A stretch of 64,000 bases of DNA from Macrostomum lignano. Its lineage: Eukaryota. The notes under the pieces are model-generated. The model saw only the letters and a list, made by a program, of their open reading frames with translations, ran no database searches and was not told the origin of the DNA. The stretch covers positions 186,001 through 250,000 of the forward strand of contig NIVC01001304.1 of assembly GCA_002269645.1 (NCBI GenBank), written 5' to 3'. A program made the position numbers and the translations under genes. Shown here one piece after another: positions 46,300-59,082 of this stretch. How positions within the stretch are numbered: position 1 is the stretch's first letter; the number at the start of each line of letters is the position of its first letter.

Positions 46300-47521
46300 T
46301 TTCTCCAAGTTTCTCCAAGTTTCTCCAAGGTCCTTGTCTCAGTTTTGTATAGTAGTTACAGAAAGTTTATTAGCTATGGATACAGATAGGCTATAGAAAA
46401 ATTTTTGAGATATAGCTATAGATATAAATATGGGAAAATTTGGTTATAGTGGAACTGTATTAAACTGATTATATGACAAGGCATTTTATGCTAACAATAT
46501 AATACATATTACTCCTGCCTTATACCTAAAATATTTGGGCCCAAGTTTTATCAAGAGTGACATCATCTTAGATTTTAAGACTTTTCTTATTTGCTTTGTG
46601 TTGCCATTTAGTATAGAAAAAAACAAGCTTCAAAATGCAATGTATTCACTCTATCCTCATCAATCACCCTATCCTCAGCAATCACCCATCCTCAGCAATC
46701 ACTCTATCCTAAGCAATCACCCCATCCTCAGCAATCACCCCATCCTCATCAATCACCCCATCCTCATCAATCACCCTATCCTCAGCAATCACCCCATCCC
46801 TCTTTGTATACTTAAATTTTATGAACAATTTCTAATAGAGTGGAAGAAAAATGATTTCAAATTTGTGTTATGAATGCAAAAACTACATAAAAGGAGCAAA
46901 AAATTTATGCAAAAATCTTTGTTGGTTATGGAGTTCTCAGTTCTATCAACTTATAATATGAAAAATAAAAAAATTAGGAACAAAACTGGGTTGTACAATT
47001 TTTCTTTTTTCATTGAAAACAATGAAACTTTTTTTTCATTAACTTTGTTAAAAAATGTTTTGAATGAAAAAATTGACTTTACAATTGTACCTATTTTATA
47101 TGAAAAGTCATAATTATTTCCTTAAAAAACAGTAATTCACTTTCTTAGGTCATTTTTTTGAATTTATTGCATTTTTCTTCTAGATTACAGTGTAAATTTT
47201 TTAAATTCAATTTAGTTTCAAATAATTTTACATTTGAAGTACATTTTTATATTAATGATTATAAAATAAGCAAAATATTAACCAATGTGTGTTTATATTG
47301 TTAAGTTCAGTCAAATTGTATTACAAATTGTTTCTTTTTGGCTGTTAGACTGTGTAGTGGTTAGGCCTAGTTGTGCATTTTAATTATTTAAAATTTTTTA
47401 AGGTATTGGGATTAGTAATTGTTAATATGCACCAATTTCAACATTAGATTCTAATAAGACACTTGCTGAATATTTTTATTAATATTAATAATATACAAAG
47501 GACAATTCTCATTTCCAGAGA

Positions 47522-48301
47522 ATGGTTTGTGTACCCTGCATTGTCATCCCTTTTGTGCTGTGGGTTTTCCACCGCTATCTGCGACCCCTGCTGGCGCCCT
47601 TCCTGCCCAGCTGGATGCTCGGCACCGCCAGCTCTGAGGATTCGGATGGGAAACAGCCTGGGGCCGCCTCTGCTGACTCGACTGCGCCTGCAAAGGCCAA
47701 GGTAAAACTTCTGTGTATTGCATGCTCCACCCCATCCTCAGCATTCACCCCATCCTCAGCAATAACCCCATCCTCAGCAATCACCCCATCCTCAACAATC
47801 ACCCCATCCTCAGCATTCACCCAATCCTCAGCATTCACCCCATCCTCAGCATTCACCCCATCCTCAGCATTCACCCATCCTCAGCATTCACCCTATCCTC
47901 AGCATTCACCCATCCTCAGCATTCACCCTATCCTCAGCATTCACCCCATCCTCAGCATTCACCCATCCTCAGCATTCACCCTATCCTCAGCATTCACCCA
48001 TCCTCAGCATTCACCCTATCCTCAGCAATCACCCCATCCTCCGCAATCACCGATCCTCAGCATTCACCCTATCCTCAGCAATCACCCCATCCTCCGCAAT
48101 CACCGATCCTCAGCATTCACCCCATCCTCAGCAAGCATGACTGCATTCCCAATAAAACTTGGCTCAGTCTAAATACGTATGAAGGATCTACTAAACCCCC
48201 AATATGTTAGTATTAGAAAGCAAATATTTTCCCGAACAGTCCGCAATCTCAATCCGGTAATTTCTGCCTCAATTTCCACGCAGATGTTCTTCGCTCTCTA
48301 A
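47522..48301 (+). CDS. C18orf32: UPF0729 / C18orf32-like small protein, copy 2 (exons 47522-47701, 48284-48301)
   Basis: Identical translation to copy 1; the putative leader exon (~34.1 kb) is not in the duplicated unit. Confidence 0.75.
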
Positions 48302-48960
48302 CGATCAATCTCATTAGACATTCCACTGCAACCTGGCTAGAATCTCCTTATCGATGGGTCTCATTCCTGCATAAAATTCCCCAGCTGACTGCTCGCCCTC
48401 GCCCGCCCCTTCGCAGTGCCCGTTCGCCTCTTCGTCCACGGCAGCCGCTGGCTCTGAGAATCCGCACACAAAAAAGACAGAATGAAGCTCAGTCTGTTCA
48501 CCTGTGGTAGCATCCTTGACCATCGGTACATGGCAGGTGGAATGCGGATTATTATATTAATATCTGAAAACTGAAGTCTCTGTTGTTGCTGCTTCATTTT
48601 TATTCAAATTAAGTATTTTACGAGTTTTTGTACACTCTTGAGCTGCAATGAGAATATAATTTCATAGAATCCTTAATGATGTACTGCAGACGGTCGCGCT
48701 TGCTGTGCACAGAAAGTGAAATAAAATGTATCAACCATTTGAAAGATCTGTTATCCAGGCACCCAGTCAGTCTTGGCTTTTTTGTATTCTTTCTAAGTTT
48801 TCATTAGAAATCTACTGCATCACAGTTCAGCTAAATGTTCAATATTGGAAAGCATTGATTGAAATAAGTTTTGCGATTCATTTCAGCTTGGAGATTGAAG
48901 CTGAATTTTGCGGATTGCGGCGCAGCTTCAGACGATTTTTCATAAACTTTCAGCAGCTTC

Positions 48961-50982
48961 ATGGGGCGAAAGAAGATTCAAATTGCCAGGATTGAGGATG
49001 AGAGAACTCGGCAGGTGAGTGCAACTTGCAGGAATCTCTGCTGGAAATCTCACTGTCTCAAGTATCAATCTTAACTGTCAGATCAGGAATCTCACTGTCT
49101 CGAGTATCAATCTCACTGTCTCGAGTATCAATCTCACTGTCTCGAGTATCAATCTCACTGTCAGATCATAAATCTCACTGTCTCGAGTATCAATCTCACT
49201 GTCAAATCAAGAATCTCACTGTCAGATAAGAAATCTCACTGTCTTGAGTATCAATCTCACTGTCAGATCATAAATCTCACTGTCTCGAGTATCAATCTCA
49301 CTGTCAAATCAGGAATCTCACTGTCAGATCAGGAATCTCACTGTCAGATAAGAAATCTCACTGTCTTGAGTATCAATCTCACTGTCAGATCATAAATCTC
49401 ACTGTCTCGAGTATCAATCTCACTGTCAGATCATAAATCTCACTGTCTCGAGTATCAATCTCACTGTCAAATCAGGAATCTCACTGTCAGATCAGGAATC
49501 TCACTGTCAGATAAGAAATCTCACTGTCTTGAGTATCAATCTCACTGTCAGATCATAAATCTCACTGTCTCGAGTATCAATCTCACTGTCAGATCATAAA
49601 TCTCACTGTCTCGAGTATCAATCTCACTGTCAAATCAGGAATCTCGCTGTCAGATCAGGAATCTCACTGTCAGATAAGAAATCTCACTGTCTTGAGTATC
49701 AATCTCACTGTCAGATTAGAAGTCTGTCTCGGGTATCAATCTCACTGTCTCGGGTATCAATCCCACTGTCTTAAGTATCGATCTCACTGTCATTAGAAGT
49801 CTGTCTCGGGTATCAATCTCACTGTCTGCAGATATCAATCTCACTGTCTCGGGTATCAATCCCACTGTCTTGAGTATCAATCTCCGAATATCAGCGCGGA
49901 AATCTCGCGCTCTCTCAACCCAAACCCTCCAACGTCCCGCCCTCCTCCGCGCCGCCAAATTCAGGTGACCTTCACCAAGCGCAAGTTCGGCCTAATGAAA
50001 AAGGCCTACGAGCTCTCTGTCCTCTGCGACTGCGAGGTGGCGCTGATCGTGTTCAACGGCAACAACCGGCTGCACCAGTACGCCAGCACCGACATGGACC
50101 GCCTGCTGCTGCGCTACACGGACTACAGCTCACCGCACGAGAGCCGCACTAATAAGGACATTATGGAGGTGAGCGTCAATTTCTTCGGCAGCAGCAGATG
50201 CTTAAATGCTATTGCTCGAAGCTGGGTTCCCCATCCCTAAATTCGGTGTAAGTTTCGGGGTATGAAAGTCTATTCGCGATTTTACAGGGTAATGGGATTG
50301 TGTGGGATTCTTGTGTAATTGGGCTGTTACTTGGAATAACTTGGGTATGTGATTTACGTTGGGATTCTGGGGAATGGTTTGTTGTAGCCAAGGTTGTAGC
50401 CTAGTGGTTGGAGCGTCCGACTGAAAGGTCGGGGGTTCGACTCTCAACCTGTGGCGACCCCTTAGTCCTTGAACTGAACAGCCGTACGCAGCCTTCAGAT
50501 CGCCGCGCAATAGCTGCGGCTGAGCTGTCGGAGCTTGCACATTAGGGCAGGTGCAATCAATGATTACAGGTGAATTTTTTGGAATTTTCTATTGTTGGTG
50601 AATGTGATCAGGACACGGATGCCTCCCGCTCTTCCAGTACTTGACCCGCAAGTCCGGCGCCTCCGCCGATGCGCCGCCCGACCAAGAGGACTCGCAGCCG
50701 TCGCCGACGACGCAGCAACAGCCGCAGCAGCCACGGCAGCAGCCGCTTTGCCAGTCCATCAGGCTGCAGTCTTTGTCGTCTAGCAGCGCAGCAGCATCGT
50801 CCCAGCAGGGGCTGCAGCTGCCGCAGGCACCGCAGATTCTGCAGCTGCAACAGCCGCAGCAGCAGCAACAGCAGCAGCAGCAGCAGCAGCTGGATCAACA
50901 GTATCCAGTTGTGGACTTCCTCACCCAGCTGAAGTCGGAGGGCACCGAGAATGAAGGTGTGATTGTGAGCGGCCCGCTGTGA
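48961..50982 (+). CDS. MEF2: MEF2-family MADS-box transcription factor, copy 2; exons 48961-49014, 49965-50168, 50638-50982
   Basis: Identical translation and splice sites to copy 1 at +8090. Confidence 0.93.
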
Positions 50983-53900
50983 GCCGCTGCCCCGGCAGCT
51001 CATTGCGATGTGCGACTCTTAAATATTTTGCTCACTGTTTCCATTTGTTTTGTACTTTAGCTGTTGGCTTTGCTGCTAATCTCGCCTTATATCTGCCCGG
51101 ATTTTCTCTCAACAATTATTATCCACCCTTAAACCGCTAACTCGCCCATCTGTCATCATCTCTTTTTTCTGCTTTAATCAGAAGTTTGGTCTGTTCTCTC
51201 TGTTCTTCTCTTCGTTCACCTGTGATTCTCTTTGCATCCACCCGTGAGTCTCCCCACATCCACCCGTGAGTCTCCCTGCATCCACCCGTGAGTCTCCCCA
51301 CATCCACCCGTGAGTCTCCCCACATCCACCTGTCTCCCTGCATCCACCCGTGAGTCTCCCTGCATCCACCCGTGAGTCTCCCTGCATCCACCCGTGAGTC
51401 TCCCCACATCCACCCGTGAGTCTCCCCACATCCACCTGTGAGTCTGCCCACATCCACCTGTGAGTCTCCCCACATCCACCTGTGAGTCTCCCTCACATCC
51501 ACCTATGAGTCTCCCCACATCCACCTGTGAGTCTCCCCACATCCACCCGTGAGTCTCCCCACATCCACCTGTGAGTCTGCCCACATCCACCTGTGAGTCT
51601 GCCCACATCCACCTGTGAGTCTCCCTCACATCCACCCGTGAGTCTCCCCACATCCACCTGTGAGTCTGCCCACATCCACCTGTGAGTCTGCCCACATCCA
51701 CCTGTGAGTCTCCCTCACATCCACCTATGAGTCTCCCCACATCCACCTGTGAGTCTCACCACATCCACCTGTGAGTCTCCCCACATCCACCTGTGAGTCT
51801 CCCTCACATCCACCTATGAGTCTCCCCACATCCACCTGTGAGTCTCACCACATCCACCCGTGAGTCTCCCCACATCCACCTGTGAGTCTGCCCACATCCA
51901 CCTGTGAGTCTGCCCACATCCACCTGTGAGTCTCCCTCACATCCACCCGTGAGTCTCCCCACATCCACCTGTGAGTCTGCCCACATCCACCTGTGAGTCT
52001 GCCCACATCCACCTGTGAGTCTCCCTCACATCCACCTATGAGTCTCCCCACATCCACCTGTGAGTCTCACCACATCCACCTGTGAGTCTCCCCACATCCA
52101 CCTGTGAGTCTCACCACATCCACCTGTGAGTCTGCCCACATCCACCTGTGAGTCTCCCCACATTCGCTCGTCTCCCTGCATTCCTCTGCTCTCTGTCATT
52201 AATACCGCTATCGAGTTAATCGCCACACTACTAAACCTTGCATAACCTGTTACTATCTGCTCATCTAACGGATGCTCATCCGTTCTCACTAAGGCAAAGA
52301 GCTCATGACTTTATTCAGACTGTACAGAAACTGTATTCAATATCCACTGTTGACTTGCTGTGAACCGAATCAGACTGTTGAACACTTAGCAGTTTATATT
52401 TAGCTTTGCTCAAAGCTGCCTAGACCTGACCGAATTTGATTTCCGCCAAAGCTTGTTCATAATGGTTCGTCTTCTATCTTGTACTATTTTCTCTTTACTA
52501 GTAGCAGACTATAAAAAATGTTTTGTTTGCAGATTTCGCGCTGCGCATTCCGGAATGCAAAGGTCGCCCCGTTTGTCTAACATCAATCCGAACATATTTA
52601 AATACATATAATACGTGCTACTCTTATCAAAATGTTACTATTTTATTTTGTTATTCTGCATGCAAAATCAACGGCGCCGCAGCTCTCGCAGTTGGACCCG
52701 CGGTTTTGAATGATGATAATTAAATTTAAAAAAATATTAAAAACTTGTCATTCAATTATCATAATGCTGTTCTTGCTTTGGGGCGACTGGTCTTTCACAC
52801 TGCACACCAGCCTGGCACACCTGACCAACCTGGCATACCTGACCAACCTGGCACACCTGACCAACCTGGCACACCTGACCAACTTGACACACCTGACCAA
52901 CCTGGCATTCCTGACTAACCTGGCACACCTGACCAACCTGGCACACCTGACCAACCTGGCACACCTGACCAACCTGGCACACCTGACCAACCTGGCACAC
53001 CTGACCAACCTGGCACACCTGACCAACCTGGCACACCTGACCAACCTGGCACACCTGACCAACCTGGCACACCTGACCAACCTGGCATTCCTGACTAACC
53101 TGGCACACCTGACTAACCTGACACACCTGGCCATCCTGGCATTCCTGACTAACCTGGCACACCTGACCAACCTGGCATTCCTGACTAACCTGGCACACCT
53201 GACTAACCTGGCACACCTGACCAACTTGACACACCTGGCCATCCTGGCATTCCTGACTAACCTGGCACACCTGACCAACCTGGCACACCTGACCAACCTG
53301 GCACACCTGACCAACCTGGCACACCTGACCAACCTGGCACACCTGACTAACCTGGCACACCTGACCAACTTGACACACCTGGCCATCCTGGCATTCCTGA
53401 CTAACCTGGCACACCTGACCAACCTGGCACCCCTAACCAACCTGAAACATCTGACCAACTTGACACACCTAGCTGGCACACCTGACCACACTTGCCACCT
53501 TCCTGCCAAACGATCGCAATTAAACTATGCATTTTTGGCTCATGCGGATTGCTTTACTGCTTCCATCAGCGGAAAGTTGCCAAAGATTTGCCATGAGCCA
53601 TTTCTGGCCTGACCTGAAGTTTAGCCACCAATGAAAATCAAGGCAACAGCGAATTAGAAAAGCTCCCGTTTAAAAAATAAGTTACCCTTCACAAATCTAT
53701 TTAATGCGTTGTAGACTACACTTTCTACGGGTCTTGTCACTGCCCGAGTGATGTGCTGGTTCTACACCGAATCTTTCGGCTTCCTGCAATCTGGCTGTCT
53801 GCTCTCACGCTGACCAAATTTCCTCTTTGTATCGGCTGTAGTTCAGGCGCTCTCTTCATGCCCTACAAGGAGGCCACCAGCGTCGGACGCTTCACATTGG

Positions 53901-54904
53901 CACTGATACTCCTGCACTGGCTCTGCCCCTCTGGTAAATAAACCAGATAACACCACAAGATAATTTGCGAATCTTGTCAGATTCACTACCGATTTCCTTG
54001 TTTGAGGTGCGAAACTGGTGAAACCACCAGATTCGTCGAAAGGTAATTTTAGTGTTATCTGGTTTGACTGTTATCTGGTGAGTTATCTGAATTTCACCAG
54101 ATAACATGGCCCGAATCTTGCTTAGAAATCAGATTACATGACAAGATTCGCCATCAGATAATTTTTTGTTTTCTTGTTTTACTGTTATCTGGTGAGTTAT
54201 CTGAATTTCACAGGATAACATAGTGCGAATCTTGTTTGAAAATCAGATAACAGTACAAGATTCGCCACCAGATAATTCTCTGTTATCTTGGTTGATCGAA
54301 CCTTGTTTGAATCGGAATTTCACAGGATAACATGGCGTGAATCTTGTTTAAAAAACAGATAACAGTACAAGATTTTAATCAAGATAACTGTGTGTTATCT
54401 GGTCTGTAAGAAACCTGTGTGAATCTGAAATTTGCCGGATAACATGATGCGAATCTTGTTTGCAAAGCAGATAATGGAAAAAGATTTCAATCAAGATGCC
54501 TTTGTGTTTTCCGGTCTGTAAGAACCCATTGTGCTTTTCAGCCAGAATTTTTTTCCAGAGTTTCGTGATCCGGGCCCGATTTATTAATTGATTTCCAAGT
54601 GAAGGCTTGGATCAGAATTTTTGGCCCGGAATAGCCCCTCTTTTGCGGAAAATTTGATCCTGCAAAAGTTCGGGAAAGGAAAAGCTGTTCCAGCTGGATT
54701 TATCAAAATTTTTAACCTGAAACAGCTGCTGAATTCTGATTGCAGACCCAAATTTCAGGTTTTCCAAATGAAAATTTTCTGGATGAGATTTTGGGAGTTC
54801 AATCGGAATTCCTCAGCGATCTAGACCAAGTGATCCGGAAAATCCACAGGGATCAGCTCCCATTGACAGGAATCTCAATGAAGTTACGGATAAGACTGGT
54901 CTTC

Positions 54905-55757
54905 CGTCTGTTGTGGCTTAAGGCAGCTGCTAAGCTGACCTGCGATGGATAATCAATCCTCGCTTCTGTTGTGGCTCAAGGCAGCTGCTAAGCTGACCTG
55001 CGATGGATAATCAATCCTCGCTTCTGTTGGGACTCAAGGCAGCTGCTAAGCTGACCTGCGATGGATAATCAATCCTCGCTTCTGTTGTGGCTCAAGGCAG
55101 CTGCTAAGCTGACCTGCGATGGATAATCAATCCTCGCTTCTGTTGTGGCTCAAGGCAGCTGCTAAGCTGACCTGCGATGGATAATCAATCCTCGCTTCTG
55201 TTGTGGCTCAAGGCAGCTGCTAAGCTGACCTGCGATGGATAATCAATCCTCGCTTCTGTTGGGACTCAAGGCAGCTGCTAAGCTGACCTGCGATGGATAA
55301 TCAATCCTCGCTTCTGTTGTGGCTCAAGGCAGCTGCTAAGCTGACCTGCGATGGATAATCAATCCTCGCTTCTGTTGTGGCTCAAGGCAGCTGCTAAGCT
55401 GACCGGCGATGGATAATCAATCCTCGCTTCTGTTGTGGCTCAAGGCAGCTGCTAAGCTGACCTGCGATGGATAATCAATCCTCGCTTCTGTTGTGGCTCA
55501 AGGCAGCTGCTAAGCTGACCTGCGATGGATAATCAATCCTCGCTTCTGTTGTGGCTCAAGGCAGCTGCTAAGCTGACCTGCGATGGATAATCAATCCTCG
55601 CTTCTGTTGTGGCTCAAGGCAGCTGCTAAGCTGACCTGCGATGGATAATCAATCCTCGCTTCTGTTGTGGCTCAAGGCAGCTGCTAAGCTGACCTGCGAT
55701 GGATAATCAATCCTCGCTTCTGTTGGGACTAAAGGCAGCTGCTAAGCTGACCTGCGA
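54905..55757. repeat. 58-bp tandem array (CTGTTGTGGCTCAAGGCAGCTGCTAAGCTGACCTGCGATGGATAATCAATCCTCGCTT), ~14.7 copies, inside the transposon
   Basis: Period 58 measured at 54908/54966; a further partial degenerate copy at ~56170-56225. Confidence 0.96.
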
Positions 55758-57726
55758 GGGGTAAAGTGCCATATATCAGCAAACGCTAGCGCTCGTAATG
55801 TGAGGCCGTGCCCACCCTCCCTGCAGGTGATAGCTTTGTTGGCTCTCCGACAAACTATTGCATTTTTATTGTGCTGGAGAGGTTTGACTCCCAATGGCAT
55901 GTAGTCTGTCGCGGTTACTTAGTGTATCAGATTACCCTATTATCTGGTGCAGCTGGGTGTCTAGATGGAGCTGTGGCATGGTTCCAAAAGCTCCTACTGG
56001 CCCAGTTCTAAGGTAGCCTTTTTTTAAGACAGACGTTATTCTAGCTCTTGCTAGAGCATGCTCCATTGGGTTGTCTAAAGCGTCTGCAGTGTTGGTGTAT
56101 GGCCACCAGCGAGGGATAATGGAACCCCGCTTCAACCGATGAATCAGAGTTGAGCAGTTGACTGAAAATTCTGACCTACGAGGGGTAATCAATCCTCGCG
56201 TCTGTTGTGGCTCAAGGCAGCTGCTTAGAGTAGTCACTTCTATTTGACTATGCGGGTCAATCTAATCCGAGGGGTAATAAAGCCTCGAAATTGCAAGGTG
56301 AATTGATCTGCTTTTCGGAGGCACTGTAGCGTCCGTAATGTGAGGCTGTGCCCATCCTCCGTACAGGTGACAATTGAAAAATTGTTGCGCCCTGATTGTG
56401 TGCGAGAGGTTTGACTTCCACTGGCATGTAGTCTATCACAGCTGCTTAGTGTGTCAACGGGCTGAATGATTCTATCGTCATATTTGACGCTTAGAAGCAT
56501 GAGTCAGCCAACCATATTGTTTGGCACAGCTGGGTGTCTAGACGGAGACTGTGGCATGGTTCCAAATAGCTCTAACTGGCCCAGTATGCAAAGCAGCTTT
56601 CCTATTAAGATAGACGCTAATCCGATTTTTGTCGGTGCATGCTCCATTGGTTTGTCTAAGGCGTTTGCAGTTGCACCAGCCGTAAGCAGATCAAGTCAAG
56701 AGAGTAGTCGTTACAGACTACGAGTGTCGGAAATCTTGTCGAGATTTAATAAATCCTCGAACAAGTCAAAAGAGTAGTCGTTACAGACTACGAGTGTCGG
56801 TAATCTTGTCAGCCACTTTTTCCGGAGGGTGTCACTGCTTCGAACGACGCAGTTGATGACGCCATTGGACGATCGTCCATCGCACTAGCGACATCTGCAA
56901 CGCCAAGTCGGTTGGATATTACCGTTGGCACACGGGATTGCGAAGATAATCATGTAAGAGTTTCCAGCGTAGTCGGCATTTCGTGGACGCAACGAAGCCA
57001 GCGCCGCGCGAGCCGGCGCATCAGATGATACACCATTCACTTTGTCTCCGGTCTACGAGCAGCCGATCAACGAAAGCCAGTTGATTCCGGATGTCGACTA
57101 TGCAACGAATGACAATTCTATCGACGCAGCTGACATTACTAGTGAACAGTCTTACAATCTGGCAATGATTGTCGGCGAACCGTCGCTGTCTGTTAGAGCT
57201 AGACGATCGAGTGTGTATGTACATTACTGTTTCTTTATAACTGTGTATATTTCGGAGAAACTGCCTTCCATCGCCATTTAATTTAACTTTAATAATGCAG
57301 AGTCGTTCCATTGCGCCGGCATATAATGCAAGCCCCCGTCAGTGGTCTCATTAATCGCCTTCCGTGCGCGCGACCCGATCTTTCAAACGTCTGGCTCACG
57401 CGTCGACTGCCATCAGAGTCGCGTCCGAGTACAGCAGGTCCGACCTGCGACTCAGCACCAGATCGCAGCAGATCATCAATTCAGTAGTATCAATTGGTAT
57501 CCACAGTATAAGTAGGTCTACTTATAACTGAACCCCCAAAATCAGACGTATGCCACGCTGTTCTCCATAAGTTTCCGTTCCTGTTGAGCTACTGTTTAGT
57601 TTGTATAAGGCGCTTACAAATGACACCCCGCTGTTAAATAGATGCTACTCATAAAATCTTGAAGCACCAACTTTTTATACGCTTCTTTGCTGCGAAATTT
57701 GATGTCAATGCCTTCTGGATTTTTTC

Positions 57727-58065
57727 GCATGAATTACCCAACTGTTACCTGGTCAGCGAATCCTGTTTGCCAGACAAGATAACAAACAAGATAACAAACA
57801 GGATAACACGATGTTTTCCTGCAGGATTCGCATGAATTACCCGACTGTTACCTGGTCAGCGAATCCTGTTTGCCAGACAAGATAACAAACAAGATAACAA
57901 ACAGGATAACACGATGTTTTCCTGCAGGATTCGCATGAATTACCCGACTGTTACCTGGTCAGCGAATCCTGTTTGCCAGACAGGATAACAAACAAGATAA
58001 CAAACAGGATAGCACGATGTTTTCCTGCAGGATTCGCATGAATTACCCGACTGTTACCTGGTCAA
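57727..58065. repeat. 103-bp subterminal tandem repeat, ~3.3 copies
   Basis: GCATGAATTACC recurs at 57727, 57830, 57933 and 58036. Confidence 0.92.
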
Positions 58066-59082
58066 TGAATCTTATTTGTATCTTGTTTGAAACAAGGAAA
58101 CGTAAGATTTCGTCACGCAAACAGGATTCATACAAGATAACATTTTGCATAACCGGAATGGGGCATGTTATCTTGTTTGAGCGAAAGTTATCTTGTGATG
58201 TTATCTGGTTTATTTACCAGAGGGGCCGAATGGAGACGCTGTCAAGGCCCATGACGACCTGTAGAGCGCTTGCCGAGGAAGAGATCTCTCGTATGAAGAG
58301 TTCCCTGCTGCGCTACGCAATAGACATGTCTATAATATGCATAAACTATCACAGACCTGATCGCTCGCGCTGGCTTCCCAGAACCGAGCTCCCCATATCC
58401 ATAAACTTCGTCAAATGCTACATGTACTTGGACAATGGACACTGCCTGAGCAGTTACGGACACTGTCACGGCCCCCCAAGGTCGCTTTACACTCCTGTAT
58501 TAGTGTCTGTGTGTACGACTGCGTACGTATCCGCGCACTCGTGGGGTGGCTTTTTGCCTGCTCAAGGGAGTCGGCGGAACGAGCAGTAATGCCTCTCGCC
58601 AGCTGTACGACAATAATGTCGCTTAAAGCGCGCCAGGGTGCACACAGCCCTCTGCTTCTAATCTAACAAAATACATACATACTCGTACCTTTACAATCTG
58701 AAGATTTTGAATCGACAAAGATATGCCAGATTTTGAGACGGAAAAGCGGCCAAAAAGCCTTAAAGCCGATTCCAACTGTGGCTTTAACGTCTTGAAAGAC
58801 GTCCCAGCTGGCTGCGACGATTTGTACAGCAAATACAAGGGACAATCGAATGATCAGTAAGCGTGACAGGTGATCGAATGCTGGATGCGCTGGCAGGTGA
58901 AAAAATCAAAAGGTGACCGCTGACGGCGGAGACGATAAAAAATGAATAAAACTTGTCAGAATCACACGAGTTAGGCCAGAAAATTCTGTTTTAAAAATGC
59001 CCAGCTTGAATTGCCAGCCGAGTTATCGATTTGCTGTGGCTCGTATATCTGCAATGCACTAATCATTGATGCCAAATGCACA

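Larger units (their letters stand above)
38230..54389. repeat. Tandem segmental duplication: 8,070-bp units 38230-46299 and 46320-54389 joined by 20 bp of extra sequence
   Basis: Every ORF in the track recurs with identical translation at +8090; both boundaries located by eye; the junction reads (TTTCTCCAAG)3. Confidence 0.97.
53927..58224. mobile_element. Non-autonomous CMC/EnSpm(CACTA)-like DNA transposon, 4,298 bp
   Basis: TIR CCCTCTGGTAAATAAACCAGATAACA (26 bp perfect, then one mismatch and CACAAGATAA); 2-bp TSD GC; many subterminal AGATAAC/GTTATCT repeats at both ends; no transposase ORF recognised. Confidence 0.85.

Noticed and set aside
54905-55757. 58-bp repeat as a possible CRISPR array
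   Set aside because: Units are contiguous with no unique spacers, no cas genes are present, and the context is a eukaryotic transposon interior.
58017-58589. 190-aa plus-strand ORF
   Set aside because: Chimeric: it starts in transposon subterminal repeats and reads into the flank in a different frame from the more protein-like one.
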